Assembly (NCBI GenBank): GCA_945877135.1
Contig: CAMCQY010000001.1
Coordinates: 28,825-92,824, forward strand
Origin: Candidatus Kuenenia stuttgartensis
GTDB taxonomy: Bacteria > Planctomycetota > Planctomycetia > Pirellulales > UBA1268
Length of the DNA stretch: 64,000 nucleotides
Reading direction: 5' to 3'
A program made the position numbers and the translations under genes. Below the pieces are notes generated by a model. That model saw only the letters and a list, made by a program, of their open reading frames with translations. It was not told the DNA's origin and searched no databases. This document shows positions 27,144 through 35,474 of this stretch, piece by piece. How positions within the stretch are numbered: position 1 is the stretch's first letter; each line of letters opens with the position of its first letter.

Positions 27144-27746
27144 ATGCCGCTGATCCCGTTCGTCATCGAAAAGAGTGGCCGCGAAGAGCGGGCGATGGAC
27201 ATCTACAGCCGCCTGCTGAAGGATCGCATCGTCTTTCTCGGCTCGCAGGTCAACGACGAGGTGGCCAACGCCATCGTCGCCCAACTACTGTTTCTGCAGT
27301 CCGACGACCCGAAATCGGACATTCACCTCTACATCAACTCGCCTGGCGGTAGCGTCACGGCCGGCCTTGCCATCTACGACACGATGCAGTTCGTGACCTG
27401 CGACGTCGCCACCTACTGCATCGGCCAGTGCGCGTCGATGGGCGCGGTGCTGCTCACCGCCGGCGCGCAGGGGAAGCGGCGGGCGCTGCCCAACGCGCGG
27501 ATCATGATCCACCAACCGCTGGCGGGCATGGAAGGCACGGCAGAGGAAATCATGATCCATGCCAAGGAGTTCAAGAACATCAAGCACAAACTCAACGCGA
27601 TCCTGCTCAAGCACACGGGGCATCCCCTGGAAAAGATCGAGCAGGACACGGATCGCGATCGCTTCATGTCGGCGCAGGAGGCGCTCGAATACAAGCTGAT
27701 CGATGAGGTGATCGACCGCATGCCGACCGACAAGACAGTCGGCTGA
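27144..27746 (+). CDS. clpP: ATP-dependent Clp protease proteolytic subunit (paralogue 2)
   Basis: [44 protein letters not shown] and DTDRDRFMS, in a canonical 200-aa ClpP. Confidence 0.95.
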   Translation: MPLIPFVIEKSGREERAMDIYSRLLKDRIVFLGSQVNDEVANAIVAQLLFLQSDDPKSDIHLYINSPGGSVTAGLAIYDTMQFVTCDVATYCIGQCASMGAVLLTAGAQGKRRALPNARIMIHQPLAGMEGTAEEIMIHAKEFKNIKHKLNAILLKHTGHPLEKIEQDTDRDRFMSAQEALEYKLIDEVIDRMPTDKTVG

Positions 27747-27828
27747 CGCCTGACGGAACAGTGATCGGATGGTGGCGGCCCGCGATGGCTGCAAAGAGAC
27801 CCAGGAATGAGGCGCAAGGAGGCGCGTC

Positions 27829-28947
27829 ATGACACGGTTCAGAGGCTTGACCGCTGCCGTTTTCGCGGAGCTCATCCCGCATTTCCGCCCCATCTTCGCG
27901 ATGATGGGCGTCGCGCTTTGCTGCCTTGGCTGCAGAAGCGACCTCAGCCAGCAACTGCTCGAGCGCGAACTGCGGATGCAGGAGGATCAGATCTATCAGT
28001 TGCAGGACGAACTGCAGGACAAATGTGCGAGGCTGGAGCGGACAGCCGGGGAGAACTCGAGCCTGAAGAAACAGCTCGGGTTCGCCGAGTCCGATGTGGC
28101 CACCCCTCGTCGTGGGCTTAGCCTTCCCGGCGGCCAGACCGCCCCGGCAGCCCGCAGCGGGCCGGGCCAGCCCCTCCTCGCACCGCCAGCAATCGACATC
28201 CCCGGAGTCCGGCCTCCGGCCGGTGGATCCATGACTCCGCCTCCGGCCAGCATGACTCCGCCTCCGGCCGGCCTGCCTGCGCCGGGAACGGTAGCCCCGC
28301 CGAAACTCGACGGCATCCCGCCGCTTCCAGCCGTACCGCGGTTTCCCGGCAGCGGGGCCCCGGGCGCGTCGTCGTCGGCCGCACCGGCATCAGCTGCGGT
28401 GGCCACGGTCGATCCCGGCGTCGCTGCTCCCGCCCCAATGGCGATCGACGCCACGGCGCGGCCGATCACTCCATGGGCCGATCCAGCCGCGGAGCCGCCG
28501 ACGGGCCGCCAGCTCTCTCACGAGGAAAGCCTCGCCGACGCCGGTCGCATTTCACATCTGGTCGTCAACTCGGCACGAACCGCCTGCTTCGACGGGAATG
28601 GTGACGGCATCAGTGATGGACTGGCCATCGTCATCGAACCGCGGGACGGTGATGAGCGACTCGTTCCCGCGGCTGGCGATGTGTCGATCTCGGTCTTTGA
28701 TCCAGGCGGGCCGACCGGTGAGGGGCCGGTGGCACGCTGGGATATTCCTGCCCGCGAGGCGATCGGCCACTTCCGACGTACGACGCGGAACCGCGGCCTG
28801 CACTTCGTGCTCCGGTGGCCGGGGCCGCCGCCCCGAGGGGAACACGTGCGGGTGCAGGTAGCGCTCACCACCTTCGAAGCCGCGGCATTCCAGACCGACT
28901 GCACCGTGGCGGTGAAGCCACAGCAGCAGTCCGGCGACGCCCCGTAA
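27829..28947 (+). CDS. Hypothetical envelope protein with coiled-coil and Pro-rich segments (possible lipoprotein)
   Basis: AAGGAGG lies 7 nt upstream. Hydrophobic N-terminus ends in CCLGC. A heptad-like stretch (LLERELRMQEDQIYQLQDELQDKCARLE) is followed by a PPAGxMTPPPA repeat. Confidence 0.6.
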   Translation: MTRFRGLTAAVFAELIPHFRPIFAMMGVALCCLGCRSDLSQQLLERELRMQEDQIYQLQDELQDKCARLERTAGENSSLKKQLGFAESDVATPRRGLSLPGGQTAPAARSGPGQPLLAPPAIDIPGVRPPAGGSMTPPPASMTPPPAGLPAPGTVAPPKLDGIPPLPAVPRFPGSGAPGASSSAAPASAAVATVDPGVAAPAPMAIDATARPITPWADPAAEPPTGRQLSHEESLADAGRISHLVVNSARTACFDGNGDGISDGLAIVIEPRDGDERLVPAAGDVSISVFDPGGPTGEGPVARWDIPAREAIGHFRRTTRNRGLHFVLRWPGPPPRGEHVRVQVALTTFEAAAFQTDCTVAVKPQQQSGDAP

Positions 28948-28969
28948 CGAAACGCTTGACGAGCAGGCC

Positions 28970-29986
28970 TTACAGGCCCTTGTCCTCGAGGAAGTTCAGC
29001 AGGTCGGCGACGCGATTGGAGTAGCCCCACTCGTTGTCGTACCAGCTGACCACCTTCACGAAGTTGCCCAGGCCGATCGTATCAACGGCCGAGAAGATCG
29101 AGCTGTGGGGATCGCCCTTCAGGTCGGTCGAGACCAGCTCCTTGTCGGTATACCGCAGGATCCCCTTGAGCGGGCCCTCGGCAGCCTTCTTCATCGCGGC
29201 ATTGATGTCGGCGGGAGAAGCCTCCTTGCCGAGCAACGCCGTGAAGTCGACGACACTGACCGTGGCGACCGGAACACGGAAGGCCATGCCGGTGAACTTG
29301 CCCTGCAGGGAGGGGATCACGAGGCCCACGGCCCGTGCCGCACCGGTGCTCGACGGGACGATGTTGAGAGCAGCAGCCCGGGCATCGCGGAGATCCTTGG
29401 CCGCGGTGTCCACTGTCTTCTGGGAATTGGTGTAGGCATGCACGGTGGTCAGCAGGCCACGGTCGATGCCCCAGGTCTCGTGCAACACCTTGGCCACCGG
29501 GGCCAGACCGTTGGTGGTGCAGGAGGCGTTCGAGATCACGTGGTGTTTCTTGGGGTCGTACATCTCGTTGTTGACGCCCAGCACAATCGTCAGGTCTTCA
29601 TTCTTGGCCGGGGCCGAGATCACCACCTTTTTCACGCTGCCCCGCTTGTGGGCGACCGCCTTCGTGGCGTCGGTGAAGAAGCCGGTGCTCTCCACCACCA
29701 CCTGCACGTCCTGCGAGCTCCAGTCGATGGCACCGGGATCCTTCTCGGCGAACACCTTGATCTTGTGGCCGTCAACGACCAGATCGTTGCCCTCGTAGCT
29801 GACGTGCCCCTTGAAGGGTCCGTAGTTCGAGTCGAACTCGAGCAGGTGGGCGTTGGTCTTGGCGTCGGTGAGGTCGTTCAAGGCCACGACCTGGACGTCG
29901 CCGTTGAGACCGTATTTTTCGAAGATGGCTCGGTAGGTGAGGCGACCGATGCGGCCGAAACCGTTGATGCCGACGCGAATGGACAC
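28970..29986 (-). CDS. gap: Glyceraldehyde-3-phosphate dehydrogenase
   Basis: VGINGFGRIGR, catalytic SNASCTTN, and WYDNEWGYS. The start is GTG at 29986, with AGGAG 7 nt upstream. The ORF-track start at 30037 adds a non-family leader. Confidence 0.95.
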   Translation of the reverse strand: MSIRVGINGFGRIGRLTYRAIFEKYGLNGDVQVVALNDLTDAKTNAHLLEFDSNYGPFKGHVSYEGNDLVVDGHKIKVFAEKDPGAIDWSSQDVQVVVESTGFFTDATKAVAHKRGSVKKVVISAPAKNEDLTIVLGVNNEMYDPKKHHVISNASCTTNGLAPVAKVLHETWGIDRGLLTTVHAYTNSQKTVDTAAKDLRDARAAALNIVPSSTGAARAVGLVIPSLQGKFTGMAFRVPVATVSVVDFTALLGKEASPADINAAMKKAAEGPLKGILRYTDKELVSTDLKGDPHSSIFSAVDTIGLGNFVKVVSWYDNEWGYSNRVADLLNFLEDKGL

Positions 29987-30109
29987 GGCGAATCTCCTGA
30001 GGCGGGACGTCGAACGAGCGCTGCCGCCCCGCGACACTGCGGACGGGCGGCTGCTCTGAGGGGAGCGGCGGAATATACACCGCGGCGCTCCAGCCGCTCA
30101 ATCGGCCGA

Positions 30110-30127
30110 CAAAAACGCCCGTTTTTG
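30110..30127. promoter_or_regulatory. AT-rich palindrome upstream of the ABC operon
   Basis: CAAAAACG-CC-CGTTTTTG (8-bp arms, 2-nt spacer), 35 nt upstream of ATG 30163, in the divergent gap/ABC intergenic region. Confidence 0.2.
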
Positions 30128-30162
30128 ACCACCGACCGCCCCCACCGGATACGATACCGACC

Positions 30163-30852
30163 ATGGTCACACCCGTTCTCGAACTCATCGGCGTCCGCAA
30201 GTCGTTCACGATGCCCGGCGGCGAGCAGGTGAGCATCCTCGACATCGACTCGTTCCAGCTCGCCGCGGACGAACACTGCGCCCTGGAGGGCCGCAGTGGC
30301 TCCGGGAAGTCGACGCTGCTCAATGTGATCTCCGGGATCATGCGGCCCGACGCCGGCCGGGTGATCATCGACGGCAAGGACATCGCCCGGCTCGACGAGG
30401 CCCGCCGCGACCGCGTGCGGGCCGACAAGCTCGGCCTCGTCTTTCAACAGTTCAACCTGCTCCCCGGGTTCACGGCGTTGGAAAACGTGCTCGTGGCGAT
30501 GTCGTTCGGCTCGGGCCGCCCCGACCGCGCACGGGCGATGCGGCTCCTCGAAGCCGTGGGGCTTGGCCACAGGCTCGACCACAAGCCGGCCGAACTGAGC
30601 GTCGGGCAGCAGCAGCGGGTGGCCGTGGCCCGGGCGCTCGCCAACCGGCCCCGGGCGGTGCTCGCCGACGAACCCACCGCCAGCATCGATCCCGCCCACC
30701 AGCAGCAGGTGATCGACCTCCTGCGGACCACCTGCACCGAGCAGGGGGTGGCGCTCCTGGTCGTGACGCATGCCGCCGACGTGGCCGGGCAGTTTCCTCG
30801 TCGCATCCGCCTGGAAGACTTCAACCGCGCAGCCACGGGGCATCGCTCATGA
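30163..30852 (+). CDS. ABC transporter ATP-binding protein (MacB/LolD-type)
   Basis: Walker A GRSGSGKST, Q-loop VFQQFNL, signature LSVGQQQR, Walker B VLADEPT, H-loop VVTHA. Its stop overlaps the next start (ATGA). Confidence 0.92.
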   Translation: MVTPVLELIGVRKSFTMPGGEQVSILDIDSFQLAADEHCALEGRSGSGKSTLLNVISGIMRPDAGRVIIDGKDIARLDEARRDRVRADKLGLVFQQFNLLPGFTALENVLVAMSFGSGRPDRARAMRLLEAVGLGHRLDHKPAELSVGQQQRVAVARALANRPRAVLADEPTASIDPAHQQQVIDLLRTTCTEQGVALLVVTHAADVAGQFPRRIRLEDFNRAATGHRS

Positions 30853-32195
30853 CCCTTCTCGGCATCGCCTGGCGCAACATCCGGCAGCGGCTGCTCACCA
30901 GCCTGCTCACCGCCCTCTCCCTGGCACTCGGCGTGGCGCTCGTGGTGGCCACACTCGTGACCGGCGGCATCGTGAAGCAGGCATTCGAGTCGGGCTCCGG
31001 TCTGGGATACAACATGATCGTCGGCGCGAAGGGGAGCCCTCTCCAACTGGTGCTCAACAGCGTCTACCTCATCAGCAAGCCGATCGAAAATATCTCCTGG
31101 GACTTCTACCAACAGTTCCTGCCCGCGGCCGAACGGCCCGACGGCGTGGATGGCACGTTCGCCGCCAGCACGAAGACCGCCGTGCCGATCTGCATGGGGG
31201 ACTACTATCGCGGGTTTCGCGTGATCGGCACCAACACGACCTACTTCGACCGGCTCACGCTCGGCGACGGCCGGCCCTTCGCTTTTTCCGCCGGCCGAAA
31301 CTTTCGGGATGACGAATTCTTCGGCGGCGTGCTGGGGGCGACTGTGGCCGCCAAGCTCGGCCTCAAGCCGGGCGATCCCTTTGCCCCCACGCATGGTGCC
31401 GACGATGGCAAGGTGCATGATCCGTTTACGGTGACCGGCATCCTAGCCCGCACCGACACGCCGGTCGATCGGGGTGTGTTCGTCAACATGGAGGGGTTTT
31501 ATCTCCAGGACGGACACGCGAAGCCTGTGGAGGGTGGGGAGAGCGGAAACCAGAACGCAGCACGCGGAGAGGATGCCGGTGGCTCACATGACCACGGAAA
31601 CCAGGCCCCCGTACCGCTGCCATTCGCGCAGCGGGAGGTGACTGCGCTTTTGCTCGATACAGCCTCTCTGCCGGGATTGCCGCCGGAACTGATGGCGATG
31701 GGCCTGCGGACCGCGATCAACGAGGGCCGCGACGGGCAGGCCGCCCTGCCGATCGCCGAGATCCGCCAGTTGCTCGACCTCTTTGTGCGGCCGCTGGAAC
31801 TGCTCCTTCTTCTGGTGACGACGCTCGTCGTGATCGTTTCGGCGATCGGAATTCTCGTCAGCATGGTGGGCTCGTCGCTGGAACGCAGCCGCGACGTCGC
31901 CATCATGCGGGCGCTCGGGGCCCGGCGGTCGCACGTGCTCGCCGTCGTGCTGATCGAGGCGGTGCTCCTGGCAGTCGGCGGCGGGCTCGCCGGCTGGGTG
32001 CTCGGGCACCTGCTCGTGGGGGCGATCGCCCCACTGATCACGACCAACGCCGGCGTCTCCGCGAGCATCTTCTCGGCGGCCCCGGGGGCGGAACTGCTCC
32101 TGGTGCCGTTCCTCGTGGTGCTGGCGATCCTGGCCGCCCTGATTCCCGCCCTGGCCGCCTACCGCACCGACGTCGCCAAATGGCTGTCGTCCTGA
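30849..32195 (+). CDS. FtsX/MacB-type ABC transporter permease with large periplasmic domain
   Basis: N-terminal TM (LLTSLLTALSLALGVALVVATLV), a ~260-aa extracytoplasmic segment, then three C-terminal TMs with the FtsX-like segment (MRALGARRSHVLAVVLIEA). Confidence 0.85.
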   Translation: MTLLGIAWRNIRQRLLTSLLTALSLALGVALVVATLVTGGIVKQAFESGSGLGYNMIVGAKGSPLQLVLNSVYLISKPIENISWDFYQQFLPAAERPDGVDGTFAASTKTAVPICMGDYYRGFRVIGTNTTYFDRLTLGDGRPFAFSAGRNFRDDEFFGGVLGATVAAKLGLKPGDPFAPTHGADDGKVHDPFTVTGILARTDTPVDRGVFVNMEGFYLQDGHAKPVEGGESGNQNAARGEDAGGSHDHGNQAPVPLPFAQREVTALLLDTASLPGLPPELMAMGLRTAINEGRDGQAALPIAEIRQLLDLFVRPLELLLLLVTTLVVIVSAIGILVSMVGSSLERSRDVAIMRALGARRSHVLAVVLIEAVLLAVGGGLAGWVLGHLLVGAIAPLITTNAGVSASIFSAAPGAELLLVPFLVVLAILAALIPALAAYRTDVAKWLSS

Positions 32196-32208
32196 CGCCG
32201 TTCGCTCC

Positions 32209-32339
32209 GGGGTTGCCCGTATCCTGTCGCCGGACGTTCGTTTCAGCCCTCCGGGCTTTCGCTCTCTCGATGCTGACTGCGCTTCGCCATCCATGGCTTC
32301 GCTTGTCAGCAACGCCGTCGCCAGGACACGGGCAACCCC
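32209..32339. repeat. 131-bp element bounded by 18-bp inverted repeats (17/18)
   Basis: GGGGTTGCCCGTATCCTG (32209-32226) faces CAGGACACGGGCAACCCC (32322-32339). The interior has nested small hairpins (AGCCC-TCC-GGGCT; GCTGAC...GTCAGC). Confidence 0.8.
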
Positions 32340-32397
32340 TCGTCTGGTTTGGCCAAGGGAGGGCTGGCCCGGCACCTTCAGCCGCCCGCCCGTGTGT

Positions 32398-32412
32398 TGG
32401 CAGCATGTTTGC
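32398..32412 (+). promoter_or_regulatory. Candidate sigma-54 (-24/-12) promoter
   Basis: TGGCAGCATGTTTGC has the GG (32399-32400) and GC (32411-32412) separated by exactly 10 nt and a TTTGC -12 element (consensus TGGCAC-N5-TTGC). It lies 17-26 nt upstream of the ATGs at 32429 and 32438. Confidence 0.3.
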
Positions 32413-32428
32413 CGCTAGAATGAGGCCC

Positions 32429-34042
32429 ATGCGAAACATGCTCTTCCGACACTGGATCGTGGCCCTGCTGGGGATCGGGCTCCTCATTGGACCGGCACAG
32501 CGGGCGCAGGCCTGTCCATTCTGTTCGGCCGTGTCGCTGACGTTCGCCCAGGAGATCGCGCAGAGCCAGGCAGCTGCGATCGTCCGGCTTGTGGAGCCGC
32601 CGCCGGCGGGCGCCCTGTCACCGCGTGCCGAGGGGCCGCTGCCCAAGGGCAAGTTCATCGTCGTCGAGGCGATCAAGGGGGCCGACCTGATCGCCGAGGC
32701 CGGGCACACGGGTGCCGACGGCACGCCGATCGAAACGATCCTGCTGGAGGAGAAGCCGGTGGGCACGCTCTTCCTGCTCATGGGCATCGAGCCTCCGAAG
32801 CTCGTCTGGTCGAGTCCGATCCCGGTCAGCGAGCGGGCCGTCCAATACCTCCGAAAACTTTCCACGCTTCCCGAGAAGGGGCCCGATCGTCTGGCCTTCT
32901 TTCAACAGCACCTCGAAGACCCCGACGAGACGCTGGCCCGCGACGCGTATGACGAGTTTGCCGTCGCCCCCTACGCCGACGTTCGCGGTCTCGCTGACCG
33001 GATGGATCCGACGCAACTGCTCGGATGGATCGAAAATCCCAAGGTGCAGGCCAACCGCCGCCGGCTCTATGCCACCATGCTCGGTGCCTGCGGCACCAAG
33101 GCCGACGCCGAACGCATTGGCGCGATCCTCGCCAATCAGGAACTCGGCCCCGAGAAGGCGGAAGTCCGCAGCGGCCTCGACGCCCTGATCGCGTGTTATG
33201 TCACGCTCAAGGGGCCCGACGGGCTCGATCTGATCGACGAGCTCTTCCTGAACCGTCGCGGCCGCGAGATTCCCTTCACCGAAACCTATGCCGCGGTGAT
33301 GGCGCTGCGATTTCTCGGTGAGGAGTCGCAGAGCGTGCCGCGGGACCGCGTGCTCGCATCGCTGCGGCTGCTTCTGGCGGAGCCGAAGCTTGCCGATCTG
33401 GTGATCGCCGATCTCGCCCGCTGGCAGGACTGGTCGGTGATCGACCGACTCGTGGAACTCTTCGAGAAGGCCGAGGCCGACAACATCTTCGTCCGCGAAC
33501 CGATCGTGAACTATCTACGGGCCTGCCCGCTGCCGCAGGCGGCCGCGGCACTAGCCACCCTCGAGAAAATCGATCCCGAGGCGGTCCGCCGCGCCGCCAC
33601 GCTGGCGGCCTTTGCAGGAGCGGTGGGGGCCAAGCCCGGCGACACCTCATCCACTCCGACAGCGACTGGCAGTGGTCAAACCGGTGCCGACGACGACGAC
33701 GGCGATCCGGGCGATCCCAGCATGGCCCGGGCGTCGGCTGCTGCCCCCACTGGAGCGGCGCCGTCCATGCCAGCCCCGCCGGCCACCGAAGCCGAAGCGG
33801 CCATCGCGTCCCGCATACCGGCGGTGCTCGCCGACGAAGAGGCCACCGACAACGCTCCGGGGATCGACCCGTCGAAGCAGCAGGCAGTCAGCCCCACCCT
33901 TCCGCCGGCTTCCGCTCCCCCACCCGCCAATGGCGGCTCCGATCGTGCGAAATGGCTGCTCGGGGCCGCGGTCCTGCTTCTGATCGCAGTCGTCTCGTGG
34001 TCGAGACTGCGGGCTGCCGGATCCGGGCCTTCCGACCGCTAA
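32429..34042 (+). CDS. Signal-peptide-CPFC / HEAT-like repeat protein, paralogue A, with C-terminal TM anchor
   Basis: MRNMLFRHWIVALLGIGLLIGPAQRAQA then CPFC. A helical-repeat body is paralogous to 38249-39457. A Pro/Ala/Asp-rich linker precedes a terminal TM (WLLGAAVLLLIAVVSW). Start is uncertain (ATGs at 32405, 32420, 32429, 32438). Confidence 0.65.
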   Translation: MRNMLFRHWIVALLGIGLLIGPAQRAQACPFCSAVSLTFAQEIAQSQAAAIVRLVEPPPAGALSPRAEGPLPKGKFIVVEAIKGADLIAEAGHTGADGTPIETILLEEKPVGTLFLLMGIEPPKLVWSSPIPVSERAVQYLRKLSTLPEKGPDRLAFFQQHLEDPDETLARDAYDEFAVAPYADVRGLADRMDPTQLLGWIENPKVQANRRRLYATMLGACGTKADAERIGAILANQELGPEKAEVRSGLDALIACYVTLKGPDGLDLIDELFLNRRGREIPFTETYAAVMALRFLGEESQSVPRDRVLASLRLLLAEPKLADLVIADLARWQDWSVIDRLVELFEKAEADNIFVREPIVNYLRACPLPQAAAALATLEKIDPEAVRRAATLAAFAGAVGAKPGDTSSTPTATGSGQTGADDDDGDPGDPSMARASAAAPTGAAPSMPAPPATEAEAAIASRIPAVLADEEATDNAPGIDPSKQQAVSPTLPPASAPPPANGGSDRAKWLLGAAVLLLIAVVSWSRLRAAGSGPSDR

Positions 34043-34054
34043 CAGACACAGCTC

Positions 34055-34756
34055 ATGCCAGCAGGTCTCTTTGACACCGCCGGACAGGAACCGCTCGACC
34101 ATGCCGATGGTCAGGATGCGGAGGGCCGCTACCGCGCCGTCGCCGGCACGGCGATTGCCGCCGCGGTCGCAGCCGCCCTGTCGCCGCTGGCGTTTCTCGA
34201 CTGGTCGATGGTCGTCGTGCCGATCCTGGGCGTGGTGCTCGGCACACTGGCCTACCGCACGATCACGCAGCGGCCCAACGAGTTTACCGGACGACCCCTG
34301 GCCATCGGCGCGATCGTGCTGTCTGCAGTGTCGCTCATCGCAGGCCTCGTCACCCTGTCGCGGGCCTACGCCGCCGAACTCCCGGAGGGCTACGAACGGC
34401 TCAACTACGGCCTGCTCCAGCCGTTGCCCGGCGATCCGTCCAATATGGTGCCAGAATCCGCCCGCTCGATGGACGGTCGCAACGTGCTGCTCAAGGGATA
34501 CATGTATCCGGGCAAGCAACAGACCGGCATCACCCAGTTCCTGCTCGTCCGCGATCAAGGCGACTGCTGCTTCGGCGGCAATCCCAAGATCACCGATCGG
34601 GTGCTCGTGCAGTTGAAAGACCCCGGCCATCCCAAGGGGATCGATTTTTCGTCCCGGCTCACCAAGATCGCCGGCAGGTTTGTCATCCGCCCCATGGCCG
34701 CGCCCGGTATGGATGGCGGCGTGCTCTATCACCTCGAGGATGCCTTTGCGAGATAG
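34055..34756 (+). CDS. DUF3299-like protein with three N-terminal TM helices
   Basis: The C-terminal domain has LKGYMYPGKQQTGITQFLLVRDQGDCCFGGNPKITDRVLV (the vicinal CCFG motif I associate with DUF3299). It starts 13 nt after the upstream stop. Confidence 0.72.
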   Translation: MPAGLFDTAGQEPLDHADGQDAEGRYRAVAGTAIAAAVAAALSPLAFLDWSMVVVPILGVVLGTLAYRTITQRPNEFTGRPLAIGAIVLSAVSLIAGLVTLSRAYAAELPEGYERLNYGLLQPLPGDPSNMVPESARSMDGRNVLLKGYMYPGKQQTGITQFLLVRDQGDCCFGGNPKITDRVLVQLKDPGHPKGIDFSSRLTKIAGRFVIRPMAAPGMDGGVLYHLEDAFAR

Positions 34757-34784
34757 CCTCGGGGTTCTGACTGCGCACTGCCAT

Positions 34785-35375
34785 ATGCGCTGCCATAAAC
34801 GGATCTGCCACGTCGTGATCGTCTGCTGCCTGGTCGGTTGCGGGCCGCCAACTGAGGTGACGTCTCGGCCCGCGCCCGCCATCGCACGCGCCGACCGGCC
34901 CGCAGTCGAGCCCCAGTCGGTGCCACCGGCCCCGGTCCAAGCCCCGGTCCAAGCCCCGGTCCAAGCCCCGGCCGCGTCAACGCCCGTGCCCAGCCGCCCG
35001 GCCGCTCCTCGCGACATCTCGTTCGACGACATCAAGCTCGACCTCAAGAAGGGGGATCCCTTCTCCCGCGACCTGCTGCCCACCCGGGTGACAGGCCTGG
35101 AGACGACCCCGATCCGGATCCGCGGCTACATCCTGCCGAGCTTCCAGCAGACCGGCCTGACCCAGTTCGTGCTGGTCCGAGACAACATGGAGTGCTGTTT
35201 CGGGCCCGGCGCGCTGCTCCACGACTGCGTGGTGGTCCGCATGAAACCGGGAAAAACAGCCTCTTTCTCGATCCGTCCGGTGGCCGTGACCGGCACCTTC
35301 CGGGTGGAGGAACTGCGGGGTCCGGACGGCAAGCATCTCGCGATCTACGCGCTCGACGGCGAAGAGGTGCAGTGA
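34785..35375 (+). CDS. DUF3299-like lipoprotein
   Basis: Lipobox VVIVCCLVGC. A PVQA x3 tandem is encoded by a 15-bp x3 DNA repeat. The domain segment is IRGYILPSFQQTGLTQFVLVRDNMECCFGPGALLHDCVVV. An alternative start at 34740 overlaps the previous gene. Confidence 0.72.
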   Translation: MRCHKRICHVVIVCCLVGCGPPTEVTSRPAPAIARADRPAVEPQSVPPAPVQAPVQAPVQAPAASTPVPSRPAAPRDISFDDIKLDLKKGDPFSRDLLPTRVTGLETTPIRIRGYILPSFQQTGLTQFVLVRDNMECCFGPGALLHDCVVVRMKPGKTASFSIRPVAVTGTFRVEELRGPDGKHLAIYALDGEEVQ

Positions 35376-35474
35376 TTCATGGTCGTTGGTACGATCGCGG
35401 GGAGATGCTCCCGAGAGCGTCCACCGTCATCGAACCCGTATTCTTTTGTCGCCTTCGCTGGGGGGCGATCGACC

